64,000 nt of DNA from an uncultured Candidatus Rokubacteria bacterium (GCA_963699775.1 CAVOVE010000015.1:687588-751587); one strand, 5' to 3'; shown: positions 1-13,494, numbered from the stretch's first letter. A program made the numbers and translations. Notes: generated by a model not told the origin, from the sequence alone.

Positions 1-2
1 CG

Positions 3-194
3 GTGCACGGCGGCCGCAACGCCGGGCGGGCGTGCTGGGTCGTGGCCGGCACCCTGTGCAAGGGGGAGATCCAGGGCACCTTCGCCGCGAAGTTCGGCGC
101 TTGCGAGTCCTGCGCGTTCTACCTGGCCGTGCGCGAGGAGGAGTTCCCCCAGTTCCAGTTCTCGAGCCTCCTGCTCAACAAGCTCCGCGAATAA
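3..194 (+). CDS. 3' end of a CDS entering from upstream of the window; Cys-rich C-terminus, product unknown
   Basis: ORF track 3..194; composition is not the Arg/Pro-rich pattern of antisense artefacts; motif CKGE..CESC; no family recognised. Confidence 0.3.
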   Translation: MHGGRNAGRACWVVAGTLCKGEIQGTFAAKFGACESCAFYLAVREEEFPQFQFSSLLLNKLRE

Positions 195-216
195 CCGGAC
201 CCTTTTTCAGCGCCCG

Positions 217-2020
217 TCACGCAACGTCGCCCATGGTGACGCGCAGGACCTCGGCCAGGGTCGTGACGCCGCGGAGCACCTTCTGAACTCCCGACTCCCG
301 CAGCGTGCGCATCCCTTCCTTGCGCGCGGCGACCTGAATCGCACCCTGGTCGACGCCGCCGTGAATCAGGGTGCGCAGTCCCGGGGTGACGGGCATCAAT
401 TCGAAGAGACCGGTTCGCCCGTGGTGCCCGGTGAAACGGCACTGCGCACAGCCGCCCCCCCGCCGCAGGCGTACCGGCCGGACGCCGGCCCGCAACCCGA
501 GCGAGGCCAGTTCCTCGGGGGCCGGCTCGTACTCCACGCTGCAGTGCGGGCAGATGCTCCGAACGAGCCGCTGGGCGGCCACGAGCAGGATCGTCGAGCC
601 GATCAGGTACCGGGGAATCCCCATGTCCGCGAGCCGGGTGATCGCCGTCGGCGCGTCGTTGGTGTGGAGGGTCGAGAGCACCAGGTGCCCGGTGAGCGCG
701 GCCTGGATGGCGTTCTCGGCGGTCTCGGCGTCGCGGATCTCGCCGACCATGATGATGTCGGGATCCTGGCGCAGGATGTGGCGCAGCGTCGTCGCGAACG
801 TCAGGCCGACCTGCGGCTGCACGCCGACCTGGTTGAAATCCTCGTGGATCATTTCGATCGGGTCCTCGACGGTGGTCACGTTGCGCTCCTCGGTCGCGAG
901 CACCGCGAGGGTCGAGTAGAGCGTGGTCGTCTTGCCGCTGCCGGTGGGGCCGGTGACCAGGATGATCCCGTGCGGCGCGGACGCGAGGCGCTGGTAGACC
1001 TGCAGCTGCTCGGGCGCAAAACCGAGTTGGGAGATGTCCTGCAGCAGGATCTCCGGGTCGAAGATGCGCATCACGATCTTCTCCCCGAAGGCCGTGGGCA
1101 GCGTCGAGACGCGGATCTCGAAGTCGCGGCCCTTGTGCGCGACCTTGATCCGGCCGTCCTGGGGGCGGCGGCGCTCGGCGATGTCCAGGCGCGAGAGCAT
1201 CTTGATGCGCGAGACCATCGCCGGGTGGATCGCGTTCGGCACCTGGTGGATGGTGTGCAGCAGCCCGTCGATGCGAAAGCGGATGCGCGCGCGCTCGCGC
1301 CGCGGCTCGAAGTGGATGTCGCTGGCCCGCTGGTCGAAGGCGTAGGTGAAGAGAAAATCCACGGCGTTGACGATGTGGTGATCGGTCGCCTCCATCTCCT
1401 TGACGGACTTGAGGCGCACGTACTGCTCGAGGCTCGACAGCGCGCCGACCGCGGGCGCCATGCCCTTCTCGGCCTTCACGACCGAGGACTTGAAGCCGTA
1501 GAACTCGGTGATGATCTTGACGATGTCGCTCTTGACCGCGACCACCGGCTGCACCGTGTAGCCGGTGGAGCGCTGGATGTTCTCGAGACCCTCGTCGTTG
1601 AAAGGGTCGGCGGTGGCCAGCGTCAGCGTCTCGCCCTCCAGCGCGAGCGGCACCATCAGGTGGCGCACGGCGAACGGGCGCGGGATGGTGCGCGTCACCA
1701 GGTCCATGTCCAGCCGCAGCGGGTCGATCCTCTGGAACGGCAGTCCCAGCCCCCGGGCCAGCCCCTCGTAGAGTTCTCGCTCGCCGATCAGACGCCGGAG
1801 CGTCCTGTGCGGAGCGCAGCCGCTGGCCGACGATGAAATCCAGCAGATCGGCTTCCTGGCGCTCGCCCGCGGGCGCGGCGGGCCGCCCCCCCGCGCGACG
1901 CTGGGGAGACCGCACGCGCAGGTGCGCCGACCAGCGTTGCGAGAGTTCCTTGACCTGGTCCGCCGAGAGCACGCCGACGCGCGCGAGAATCTCGAACAGG
2001 TTTTCCGGTGTCGTCTTCAC
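217..2020 (-). CDS. GspE/PilB-family secretion ATPase (T2SS / type IV pilus assembly ATPase); N-terminal domain and ATPase core lie in different frames
   Basis: ORF 217..1707: Walker [11 protein letters not shown], GspE signature regions, tetracysteine CPHC...CAQC. The genuine N-terminus MKTTPENLFEILARVGVLSADQVKEL is in the 119..2020 frame, and LIGERELYEGLARGLGLPF continues in the core frame, so there is a frame change near 1800-1900. Confidence 0.8.
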
Positions 2021-2045
2021 CGACCGCCTCGCTGGCCGCTCTTGC

Positions 2046-4165
2046 CTAGATCAGAGCGGCGAGGTCCAACAACAGCACCGTGCGGCCGTCGCCCATGACG
2101 GTGACCCCGGCCAGGCCGCGCACGCGCTTGAGCGGCGGGCCAAGCGGCTTGACCACCACCTCATAGGTGCCGAGCAGGCGGTCGACCGCCAGGCCCGCGG
2201 CGCGTTCTCCGAACTCGGAGACTGCGAAGAACAGCCCGGGATGGGCGCGAAGGTCCCGCGGCGGCAGGCCGACCAGCGCGCCGAGATCGTGCAGCGGGAC
2301 CAGCCGCTGCCCCAGCCGCAGCAGGGGCAGCTGCTGCGACCACTCGATGTCGCCGGGATCCAGCTGCGAGGTGCGCAGCACGTGCGAGACGGGCAGCCCG
2401 AACTCCTGCCCCCGGACCTCCACGAGAAGAATGCGGATGATCGCCAGCGTCAGGGGCAGGCGCAGAATGACGGCGGTGCCCCGGCCGGGCTGCGAGTCGA
2501 ACTGGATCGTGCCCCCGAAGGCATCGACCCGGGACTTGACCACGTCCATCCCGACGCCGCGGCCGGAGATGTCGGTGACGCTCTCGGCCGTGCTCACCCC
2601 GGGGAGGCAGCAGAGCAGGAGTTTCTCGCGCGGTTCCATGACGGCGACCCGCTCGGCGCTGACGAGCCCGCGCGCAATCGCGGCGCGGGCGATGCGATCG
2701 GGGTCCAGGCCGCGCCCGTCGTCCTCGACGCGGATCCAGACCCAGTCGCGCTCGCGCCCGGCGCGGAGCCGGATCGCGGCCTTGGGGGGCTTGCCCGCGG
2801 CGGTGCGCCGCTCCGCGGACTCCACGCCGTGATCGATGGCGTTGCGCACCAGGTGGATGAGAACGTCGTTGAGTTCCTCGAGGATCGCGCGGTCCAGTTC
2901 GATATTCTGACCCTGGACCTCAAAGGCGACCTGCTTGCCCGAGTGGTGGGCGAGGTCGCGCACGATGCGCGGGAGCCGGTCGGTGACCAGCGCGAGGGGC
3001 ATCATCCGCACCGTCATGATCGTGTCCTGGAAACCGCGCACCAGCACGCGCAGGCGATCCAGGTTGAGATGCAGCTCCTCGCTCTCCAGGTCGCGGCCGA
3101 TCTCCTGGAGCCGCTCGCGCGTGATGAGCATCTCGCCGACGATGTTGATCAGGTCGTCGAGCACCCGGGTGTCCACGCGCACCGTCGCCGCCTTCTTCGG
3201 CGCGTAGCGGTCCGCAAGCCCCGGGGTCGAGCCCGCGGGCCGATCGATCGTCGTCGCGCGCGCGGCGAACAGTGTCGGCCCGCGCTCGCCCGCCGTGCCG
3301 GCGCCCGAGCCACGCTCCCCGCCGCCGATGTGCAGGCGCCGCAGCTGCAGTTCCTGGAGTTCGGGGAGTCGCCAGGAGCTGGGCCCGGAGTTGGTCCTCC
3401 GATCGCTCGGTCAGCAGCAAGCGCCTCGACGAGTTCGCGGCCGACCCCGGCTCGCACCTCCTCGATGGTCGGGCTCGACACGAGCACCATTCCCATCTTG
3501 GCCAGGCGGCCGAGCATGATGAAATTCCGCGCACACAGCGCCGCCGAGTCCTTGGAAACGCGCAATTGGCAGGCGTAGGGGACGAGGCCGCTGCTCACAA
3601 AATCACACACGGTCGCCAGCTGCTCCGGCTCGAGGGAGAAGATGCCGCCCCGGGCGGCAACCAGGTCGGCGCCGGGGTCTGCGGCCGCGTTCGTCCTGCG
3701 CACCGGGATCTGCGGGCGCCACGGGCACCTCGGCGGCAGGAATCGCGGGCGCCTCGACTCGGCCGGGAGAGCCCGGGGTCTGACGACCTCCCGCTGCGAC
3801 GCGGCGCGCAACCGCGCGGCGAGGCCGGCGACTTCCAGGTGCGGCGCCCCCCGCTCATCGATCTCGGCGACGAGAGCTCCCAGCGAGTCGACCCCCTCGT
3901 AGAGCAGCGCCATCAGCCCGGAATCCACCTCGAGCGTCTTCTTGCGCAGACGGTCGAGGATGTCCTCGAGGGCGTGGCTGACCACGACGACGGCGTCGTA
4001 CCCCATCGAGCCCGGACATCCCCTTGATCGAGTGCGCCGCCCGGAACAGCGCGTCCACGCTGCCGGACTCGCCCTGCTGCTCCAGGAGCAGGAGTTCGCG
4101 GTTCATCACGTGCAGATGCTCCCGGCTCTCGTCGAGAAAGAGCTGCCGGTACTTCGAGAGATCCA
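2046..4165 (-). CDS. cheA: chemotaxis histidine kinase CheA (Hpt, dimerisation, HATPase and CheW-like domains); at least two frame changes
   Basis: P1/Hpt MDLSKYRQLFLDESREHLH...HSIKGMSG (frame of ORF 3855..4604) continues as MGYDAVVVVSHALEDILDRLRK (frame 3149..4006). P3-P5 in ORF 2046..3182 (VDTRVLDDLINIVGEMLITRERL, HLVRNAIDHG, DDGRGLD, CheW-like C-terminus). Confidence 0.85.
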
Positions 4166-4534
4166 TTACTCCGCCGCCAGAACCTTTTGGGCGACCTCGA
4201 CGACCTTGGCCGGTTTGAACGGCTTCACGATGAAGTCGCGCGCGCCGGCCTCGAGAGCCTCGATGATCAGCGACTCCTGACCGAGCGCGCTGCACATCAC
4301 CACCCGCGCCCGCGGGTCGAACGCCATGATCAGCTTGAGCGCCTCGATGCCGTTTTTTTCGGGCATCACGATGTCCATGGTCGTCAGATCGGGACCGAGC
4401 GCGCGGTATTTCTCCACGGCGTCGTTCCCGTTGCCGGCCTCGCCGACCACCTCGAAACCGCTCTCGACGAAAATGTTGCGCAGCATCGTGCGCATGAAGA
4501 GGGCGTCGTCCACAATCAGCACTCGGGTCGGCAT
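4166..4534 (-). CDS. cheY: CheY-like single-domain response regulator
   Basis: 122 aa, VLIVDDALFMR...DIVMPEKNG...KPF; intact ORF; stop abuts cheA start. Confidence 0.9.
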   Translation of the reverse strand: MPTRVLIVDDALFMRTMLRNIFVESGFEVVGEAGNGNDAVEKYRALGPDLTTMDIVMPEKNGIEALKLIMAFDPRARVVMCSALGQESLIIEALEAGARDFIVKPFKPAKVVEVAQKVLAAE

Positions 4535-4600
4535 CGTCGTACCCTCTCTCCCCGCGGTGTCGGCCGGCCGCGGAACCTGGTTGGTGTGCGGAAAACAGCG

Positions 4601-5104
4601 TCAATCACCGCTGGACTCCCGTGCCTTCTCCCCGGCGTGCGCCAGTTCGGGGAGCCGGTAGATGGTGTCGACAAGCAGCTCCGCGTCGATGACGTGCACC
4701 AGCCTCCCGGACGGGTCGCGCGCGCGCTGCAGAAACGGGACGCCCGGGGGCTGCGCGCCCTCGGTGCTCGCGTGCAGCAGACGGCCGGGCACCCGTTCGA
4801 TGCCCTCGACCGCCTCGACGGCAATGCCCACGGCCATCTCCGGCAGGCGCAGCAGCACGACGGCGCCCTCGCGACCCTGGCCGAGTCCGGCGAGCCGGGC
4901 AAAGCGGATCAGCGTGTAAATCGTGCCGCGGTGGTTGATGATGCCGGCAACCGTGGGCGGCACGAAGGGCACCGGCGTGACCTCCTGCTGCGGGAGAATC
5001 TCGCGGACATAGGACACGTCGAGGGCGAATCGTTCGCCGGCGCTGCGGAAAAAGAGCAGGCGCAACTCGTCGCCCGGCCCCGTCGAACCCAGCGCATCAC
5101 CCAC
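4601..5104 (-). CDS. cheW: CheW coupling protein
   Basis: 167 aa CheW-like domain (FALDVSYVREIL...IINHRG..YTLI). Confidence 0.85.
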   Translation of the reverse strand: MGDALGSTGPGDELRLLFFRSAGERFALDVSYVREILPQQEVTPVPFVPPTVAGIINHRGTIYTLIRFARLAGLGQGREGAVVLLRLPEMAVGIAVEAVEGIERVPGRLLHASTEGAQPPGVPFLQRARDPSGRLVHVIDAELLVDTIYRLPELAHAGEKARESSGD

Positions 5105-5107
5105 GCC

Positions 5108-6357
5108 TCAACCCCGGCTCGTGACGCTGAACCGACTCGCCGTCAGGCGCAGCCCGTCGGCGAGGTTCGACAACTCCTGCGCCGAACCGGCCATCTGCTC
5201 GAGCGAGGCGGTGAGCTCCTGGGTGGCGGCCGAGGCCTCCTCGGTCGCCGCCGCGTTGTCCTCGGCGATGCGGGAAATCTCGTCGGTCGCCTTGACCATC
5301 TCCCCGGACCCGCGCTCCTGCTCGGCCGCGAGGGTGAAGATCTCCCGGACGCCCTGGGCGACCTCGACCGTCCCGTGGATGATCCCCTCGAGCGAACCGC
5401 GCACGGTGTCGATCACTTCGCGACCCTCGCGGATCTCCAGGGTTCCGGACTCCATCGAGACCAGCACCTTCGCGCTCTCCTGACCGATCTCGCCGACCAG
5501 CGCGGCGATCTCATCGGCCGAGCGGCGCGTCGCCTCCGAGAGCTTGCGGATCTCGTCGGCGACGACCGAGAACCCGCGTCCGTATTCGCCGGCGTGCGCC
5601 GCCTCGATGGCGGCGTTGAGGGCGAGCAGGTTGGTCTGCTGGGAGATCCCGGTGATGACGTCGACGATCTTGCCGATCTTCTGGGTCCGCTCGCCGAAAC
5701 CGTGCACCAGTTCGGCCGAGCGCTCCATGTTCTCGAAGACCTGGCGCATCTTCTCCAGGGCGGCGGCGGCGGCGGTGCCCCCGCGCTGGGCGGTCTCCCC
5801 GGCGACGGCGCTGGCCTCGGCCGCGCGTCCGGGCCCGCTCCGCGATGAGCGTCACCGCCGCCGCGCCCTCCCGGATCCGGCCGGCCGCGCGCTCGACGAC
5901 CTCGACCTGCATCTCCGCCCCCTTGGCGATGTGCTCGGTGGCCGAGGCGATCTCCTCGCCGCTGGTGCTCATCTGCTGCGTGGTCGCCGAAAATCCCGCC
6001 GCCGAACCGCTGAGCGTTCCGGCGCTGGCCTGGATCTGGCTCACGACCATCCGCAACTGCTCGAGCATCGTCTGGAACGCCTCGGCGAGAGCGACCAGCT
6101 CGCGGTCGCCGCCGGCGTGAACCTCCTTGGTCAGATCGCCGGCGGCGATCTCGCGCGTCACCGTCGCAAGGTTGGAGATGCCGGCCGTGATCGAGCGCGA
6201 GATGAAGTAGCCGAGGCTCATCCCCACGACGATCCCGACGACCGTCGAGAGCAGGAGACGCTGCAACTCATCGCGCACCACGTAATAGAAAATCGCGTTC
6301 ACCGCGACGATCGACAGGATGACCAGCAGAAAACTCAGGATAAGTTTGGCCCTCATA
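5108..6357 (-). CDS. methyl-accepting chemotaxis protein (TM-HAMP N-terminus plus MA signalling domain); frame change near 5830
   Basis: N-terminus MRAKLILSFLLVILSIVAVN...HAMP in ORF 5511..7526 frame; conserved signalling domain LLALNAAIEAAHAGEYGRGFSVVADEIRKLSE in ORF 5108..5749; ATGA start/stop overlap with cheR. Confidence 0.8.
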
Positions 6358-7156
6358 ACCTCCCCCTTGACGCTGCGCACGGCGCGTGCGCCCCACAGAC
6401 GAGAGCCGGTCCGCTGTCGCGGCGGCGGCGGTAGATGCGTTCGCGCGGGTCCACGACCTCGAAAATCTCCCGGCCCGCGCCGACGAAGACCTCGGTCCTG
6501 CCGAGGACCAGATACCCGCCCGGCCGCAGGCCGCGCGCAAAGCGCTCGAGCACCGCCTCCTGCCCCGGGCGGTCGAGATAGATCAACAGGTTGCGGCAGA
6601 GGATCAGATCGTACTCGCCGTCGGGCAAATCCATCAGGATGTCGCCCCGGCAAAAGCGCACCATCCGTCGGATCTCGGGCACGAGGCGCCAGCGGTCCCC
6701 GTGGGTGAAAAACCGCTCGCGGCGGGCGGGCTCGAGGTCGGCGACCTGGTTCCAGCCGTACTCGCCGGCCTTGGCTTCGGCCAGGACCCGGTCGTCGATG
6801 TCGATGGCCTGGATCTGAACGTCCCAGCCGCGGCGCGCCTCGCCGAGGTATTCGTGCACCAGCATCGCCAGACTGTAGGGCTCTTCCCCCCGCGAGCAGC
6901 CGACACTCCAGAAGCGCGGATGCCGCGAGGCGCCCGGGGCGAAAAGCTGCGGGAACACCTCGCGACGGATCGCCTCGAAGGTGCTGGGGTTGCGCATGAA
7001 GGAACTCACGTGAATGGTCAGGCAGCGCAGCAGCCGGTCCATCTCCCCCTGCTCGCGCGCGAGATATTCCAGATAGTCGCTGAAGTGTTCGTGGTGAGTG
7101 GCGCGCACGCGAATGGCGACCCGCCGCTCGATGAAGCGCTCCTTGTAGGACTCCAT
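6353..7156 (-). CDS. cheR: chemotaxis protein methyltransferase CheR
   Basis: 267 aa; N-terminal CheR helix domain (FSDYLEYLAREQGEMDRLLRCLTIHVSSFMRNP) and SAM-MTase fold (VGCSRGEEPYSLAM). Confidence 0.85.
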   Translation of the reverse strand: MESYKERFIERRVAIRVRATHHEHFSDYLEYLAREQGEMDRLLRCLTIHVSSFMRNPSTFEAIRREVFPQLFAPGASRHPRFWSVGCSRGEEPYSLAMLVHEYLGEARRGWDVQIQAIDIDDRVLAEAKAGEYGWNQVADLEPARRERFFTHGDRWRLVPEIRRMVRFCRGDILMDLPDGEYDLILCRNLLIYLDRPGQEAVLERFARGLRPGGYLVLGRTEVFVGAGREIFEVVDPRERIYRRRRDSGPALVCGAHAPCAASRGRL

Positions 7157-7316
7157 GTCGAAGCCGGTGCGGTCGTGGACCAGGCGGCGCAGGTGCGCGT
7201 AGCCCTCGGTCCCGGCCGGGATTCCCGGTCTCTGCAGCAGCCACGGCTTCCATGTGCATCCCTCCGTGTCGGCATGATAGCAGAGGACCGCGGGATTTCA
7301 ATGTTTCCGCGCTACA

Positions 7317-8396
7317 ATGCCGCCATGCGCGCCCGCAGAAAACGTGCCGTTGACGCGACTCGGGGAGGAGGCCGTCGTGCGCATCTTCGGCGGCGCGCCG
7401 CGGCGGAGCGGCGCCGGGCGCGAACCCGCCGTCGTCGTCGGTCCCGGCGACGATGCCGCGGTGGTGCGACCCCCGCGCGGCGCCCGGCTGCTGCTCACGA
7501 CGGACCTGCTCGCCGAGGATGTTCACTTCAGGCGCAGCTGGGCCCGCCCCGCCGACCTGGGGTGGAAACTTGCCGCCGTGAACGCCAGCGACATCGCGGC
7601 CATGGGCGGCCGGCCGCTCTGGGCCCTGCTCTCGCTGGCCTTGCCGCCGGGACTCGACCGGTCGTTCGCGGAAGGTCTGAGCCGAGGTCTGCGGGCCGCC
7701 TCACGCCGCCTCGGCTTCACGCTTGTCGGCGGAGATACCTGCGCCTCCGCTGACAGGATCTTCCTCTCCCTCGCTCTTGCCGGCGTGGCCGGCCCGCGAC
7801 TTCTTACTCGGGACTGCGCTCAGCCTGGCGACCAGATCTTCGTGACCGGACACCTTGGCGCATCGACGCTGGGCCTGGCGGCGCTCGAGCGACACGGCGC
7901 CGCCCCCCTCCCCGCCCCGCTGCGGATCTGCGCGCGGCGGCACCTGCATCCCGAACCGCGCCTGGCATTCGGTGCCGCTCTCGCGAGAACGGGACTCGCG
8001 CGCGCGGCGCTGGATGTGAGCGACGGCATCTCGCGCGACCTCGGCCGGCTGTGCGCGGCCAGCCGCGTCGGAGCCGAGGTTCAGGTCGACCGGTTGCCGG
8101 TGCTGTCTTCGACGCCCGCGCGGCGCGCTTGCTCGGACCGCGACCCGCACGCGGCGGCACTGCACGGCGGGGAGGAGTACGAATTGCTCTTCACGGCACG
8201 GCCGGACGACGAGCGGCGGGTGTCCGCGCTCGGGAAGCGCCTCGGGCTGCGGGTGACGGCGATCGGGCGAATCCTTCCCCGCCGCGCCGGCGTGTCGGTC
8301 GTCGGCGCCGACGGGAAGCAGGAAACCTCTCGCTCCCGCCGGCTGGGAGCACTTCTCCCGGTAACGGGCGTCGAAAAGGCCTCGCTCACTCTTTGA
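7317..8396 (+). CDS. thiL: thiamine-monophosphate kinase
   Basis: AIR-synthase-related fold; DDAAVV, LLTTDLLAEDVHF, KLAAVNASDIAAMGGRP motifs. Confidence 0.8.
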   Translation: MPPCAPAENVPLTRLGEEAVVRIFGGAPRRSGAGREPAVVVGPGDDAAVVRPPRGARLLLTTDLLAEDVHFRRSWARPADLGWKLAAVNASDIAAMGGRPLWALLSLALPPGLDRSFAEGLSRGLRAASRRLGFTLVGGDTCASADRIFLSLALAGVAGPRLLTRDCAQPGDQIFVTGHLGASTLGLAALERHGAAPLPAPLRICARRHLHPEPRLAFGAALARTGLARAALDVSDGISRDLGRLCAASRVGAEVQVDRLPVLSSTPARRACSDRDPHAAALHGGEEYELLFTARPDDERRVSALGKRLGLRVTAIGRILPRRAGVSVVGADGKQETSRSRRLGALLPVTGVEKASLTL

Positions 8397-9296
8397 GTGC
8401 GTACTTCGCGAAACGCTGCGTGCGGGCCGCGTCCGTCTCGCCGGCGAGCTTGTCGCTCTTGATCGCCGACGCGGCCTTCGCCAGACGCTCCTGCGGCAGC
8501 GGGTGCGTGCTGAAGAAACCCTTGTCGCCCTTCTTCCCCTTCGCGCTCAGCGCGGCGAGAAACTCGGTCAACCCCGCGGGGTTGTAACCCGCGCGCCAGG
8601 CGAGGCGCGCCGCCTCGGCGTCCGCGGCGAATTCCTGTCCTTGCGAGTACCCGGAGACGATCATCTTGTTCGCGATGTCGTTGATGCTCCCCTCGAACGC
8701 GGCGGTCAGCTGGGCGAGCTGGCCGCTCGAATACTCCTTGACCGCCTCGGTGCCGATGATCGTGAAGGCCTCGGTGAGGCGCTCGTTCTTGATCGCCCCG
8801 AGCCCGTGGCGCAGCGTCACGTGGCCGATCTCGTGCGCCAAGACCGCCGCGAGCTGCTCCTCGGTGGCGCAGGTTGCGTAGAGCCCGCGCGTCACGAACA
8901 CGAAACCGCCGGGGGCGGCGAAGGCGTTCACCTCGCCGGTGTCGAGCAGGATGAAATGCCAGCCGCCAAAGGTCTCGGGGCGGCTCGAGGCGCGGGCGAG
9001 CACCTGGCCGAATGTGTTGAGGTAGCGGGTGCGGCCGTCGTCGTCGAGGGGCTTGATACTGACCGAGGATGCGCGCGGCAACCGCGCGGCCGAGGTAGTA
9101 CTCCTCCCGCGGCGTCAGGTCGGAGAAGCCCCTTGCGCAGCGCCTTGCCGGACTTGACGATGGCGTCCTGGTGTTCGACGACGGTGCCCACGGCCTTGAA
9201 AAGATCGAGCGCGCGGGCGCTCCCGGGCGCCAGCAGCAGCGCAGCGGCAATTGCCGCGCCGGGGAGCAGGAGGGCGGAGCGGCGCGCGGCGCTCAC
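8386..9296 (-). CDS. M48-family zinc metallopeptidase with signal peptide; two frame changes
   Basis: HEIGHV zinc motif in ORF 8386..9081; upstream pieces (signal peptide LLLPGAAIAAALLLAPGSARA, ALDLFKAVGTVVEHQDAIVKSG, SDLTPREEYYLGRAVAARILGQYQ) lie in two other minus frames. Confidence 0.7.
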
Positions 9297-9797
9297 TTGC
9301 CCGCCCCCCGCTGCCGGATGTTGCCGGCCGCGACGAAGGACTGCACCGCCGCGTCGCTCGCCTCGAGTTTTTCCATGCGGTCGACCGCCGCGAAGTTCGC
9401 CGTCGGGTTCTTCTTCCGATACTCGCTCTCGACCTGCGGGTTGAAGCCCTTGCTGGCGTTCGCGACGTCCCGCTCGTCGACCGCGCCGCCGGCGGGAGCC
9501 GCCGAGGAGGCCGCGACCTTCTTCGCCGTCACCGAGCGTCTCGTGGAGCCAGCCGTCGCCGGACTTCGTGCCGACCTTGACCCAGCCCTTCTCCCGCTCC
9601 CGCACCGTGAAGGATTCCCCGAGCTGCGCCTCGGCGATCGTCGGCGCGTAAAACTGGCGGTCGCGGCGGATCGAGGCTTTCTTGACGATCACGGTCACCG
9701 TCTCCGTCGCGGCGAAGGCGACGCCGGCGACGAGGATGGCAGCGAGCACGGCGGGCAGCAAACGTTTCATCGAGTCCCTCCCTTGTTCGATCGACAT
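9293..9797 (-). CDS. secreted SH3-like domain protein; one frame change near 9540
   Basis: signal peptide MKRLLPAVLAAILVAGVAFA; bacterial SH3-like TVIVKKASIRRDRQFYAPTIAEAQLGESFTVREREKGWVKVG; C-terminal part in ORF 9293..9532. Confidence 0.5.
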
Positions 9798-11929
9798 TCC
9801 TCGCTATGGCAGTCCAACTGGTCCAGCCGGCGATACGCACCCGGCGCCCGCTCATTTCGTCTTGAGGGTCCAGACGCCGTCCCAGTTCTCCGGCGGCGGA
9901 TCTGTCATGAAGGCGCGGGCGCGCTCGATCAGCACCTGCGACGGGCCGTCGCCGGGCGTCGCGCGCAGGATCGCCCCGGCCAGCTCGATCGTCCGCTGCC
10001 ACTGCCGCCCCTGGTAGGCGGCGAGCGCCTCGGCGTAGGCGGCGGCCAGCGCGCGCAGCGCCTCGGTCTCCGACCCCGCCGGCGCCAGCACCTCGTAGAT
10101 GGCGACCGGCTCCGCCTTGCCCTTGACGCGGACGCGATCCAGCAGCCGGCCGAAGGCCGCCCCGGGCGCCGCCTGCCAGGTGCTCTCGGAGGCGATGACG
10201 AGCGTCCCGTAGACCTTGTTGATCCCCTCGAGACGCGAGGCCTGGTTCACGGTGTCGCCGATGGCGGTGTAGTCGAAGCGGTCGCGCGAACCCATGTTGC
10301 CGACGACGCAGGTCCCGCTGTTCAGGCCGATGCGGGTCACCAGCCGCGGCCCGCCGCGCGCGACGAGGTCGTCGCAGAACGGGCGCAGCCGCTCCTGGCA
10401 GGCCAGCGCCGCGAGCAGGCCGCGCCGCGCGTGGTCCGGCTGCGGCAGCGGCGCCCCCCAGAAGGCCATCACCGAGTCGCCGATGTATTTGTCGATCGTG
10501 CCGTCCAGGCCCGGTCCGGTGATGACATCCGCCATCAGGGTCGTGTACTCGTTGAGGAAGGCCACGAGCTCCTGGGGGTTCATCCCCTCGGAGATCGACG
10601 TGAACCCCTGCAGGTCGGAGAAGAAGAGCGTCACGTCGCGCCGCTCGCCGCCGAGCGCGAGCAGCTTGGGGTCGGCGAGGATCTGCTTGACGACCTTCGG
10701 CGAAACGTAGCGCGCGAAGGCCCCGGCGATGAAGCGCTTGTCCTTGCCCTCCGTCGTGTAGCGCCTGACCGCGGCGCCGATCACCGCCAGGAGGATCGAC
10801 ACGCCGAGCGTCCACGGATCGAGGAACCAGCCGGCGCGGTAGGCGGCGACCAGGATCGCGAGGATCGCCCCGACGACGCCGGCGACCGCGCCGGCGCCGG
10901 CGGCCACCGGCAGCAGGATGACCGCGGCGGCGACGAGCGACGCCGCCGCGAGGGCGAGGCCCGCGGAAACGACCGGCGGCGCCGCGGCGAGAAAATCGCC
11001 GTTGAGGAGGTTGTCGATCACGGCGACGTGCACCTCGAACCCCGGCGCGGTGGCGGCCAGCGGCGTCGGCTTCAGGTCGAGGAGCCCCGGCGCGGTGGAG
11101 CCGATGATCACGTACGCGCCGCGGAAGACCTCGGCCGGGACCGCGGGCGTCCTCCCTTCGGCGGCGGCGAGCGCGGAGGTGATGACCTCGGCCGCCGAGT
11201 AGCGCCGGTAGTCGCGGCGCTGGCCGTGAAAGCGCACGAGCAGCGAGCCCTGGTCGTCGAGCGGAACGGTCAACCCGCCGAGCCGGACCCGCCCGGGCTC
11301 GAAGCGCGCCGTCTGCGCGCCGGCGGCGAACGGGGCGAAGCGCGAGGCTGGGGACCAGCCGCCCCTCGAACAGCACGCCGACCGGCATCCGGCGCACGAC
11401 GCCGTCGGCGTCCGGTCGCAGGGTCACCGAGCCGATCCCGGCGGCGGCGGCGCTGATCGCCGGCAGCGGCGGGGAGACGGCCGAGCGCCGCAGCGCCGCG
11501 CGGCGGCGCGCCCTCGACGTCGAGGCTCAGCCGCGGGTCGAGCGGACCGCCGGCGGCCGCGGCGCTCGAGAAGGCGGCCGCCAGGAACACGCGGCCGTTC
11601 CTGCGGATGCCCGCCGCGAACTCCGCGTCCGTCTCCTCCCCCCACGGCGAGAGGTTGTTGAAGAGGACGTCGAAGAGCACCGCCGCCGCGCCGCCGCGCG
11701 CGCAGTGCTCGAGCAGCGGGTTGTAGAGACTGCGCGGCCACGGGTAGGCGATGTTGTCGCGCTCGAAATGATCGAGGCTCGCCTGGTCGACCTCGATCAG
11801 CACGATCCGCTTGTCGGCGCGCTCCGGGTCGGCGAGCAGGCGCCGCTGCACGTCGCCGGCCTTCAGGGCGAGCAGGTCGACCCCCGGGACCCGGCCGAGC
11901 CCGAGGGCGAGCGCGACCGCGAGCAGCGG

Positions 11930-13360
<1,431 letters not shown>

Positions 13361-13494
13361 GCCAGTCCTCCTCGCGATTCGGCTGCCGCCATCCTACCAC
13401 CGCGGACGCGCGGCGGGACGGGTTGAGAATCAAATTCGCCTTGTGAACGACCAGGTGCCACAGGTACAATCCGCGTCACCGTTCAGGAGGGATC

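Noticed and set aside
119-2020. 633-aa minus-strand ORF as an independent gene
   Set aside because: Only its first approx. 35 codons (true GspE N-terminus) are meaningful. The rest is the wrong frame of the gspE core after a frame change.
3272-4027. Plus-strand ORFs 3272..4027, 2167..2832, 1833..3578 as genes overlapping cheA
   Set aside because: All antisense to cheA with junk-like composition.
7157-7316. TPP riboswitch upstream of thiL
   Set aside because: No CUGAGA/THI-box consensus in the 160-bp leader.
9171-11456. 761-aa plus-strand ORF
   Set aside because: Antisense to the CHASE2-cyclase gene; composition artefact.
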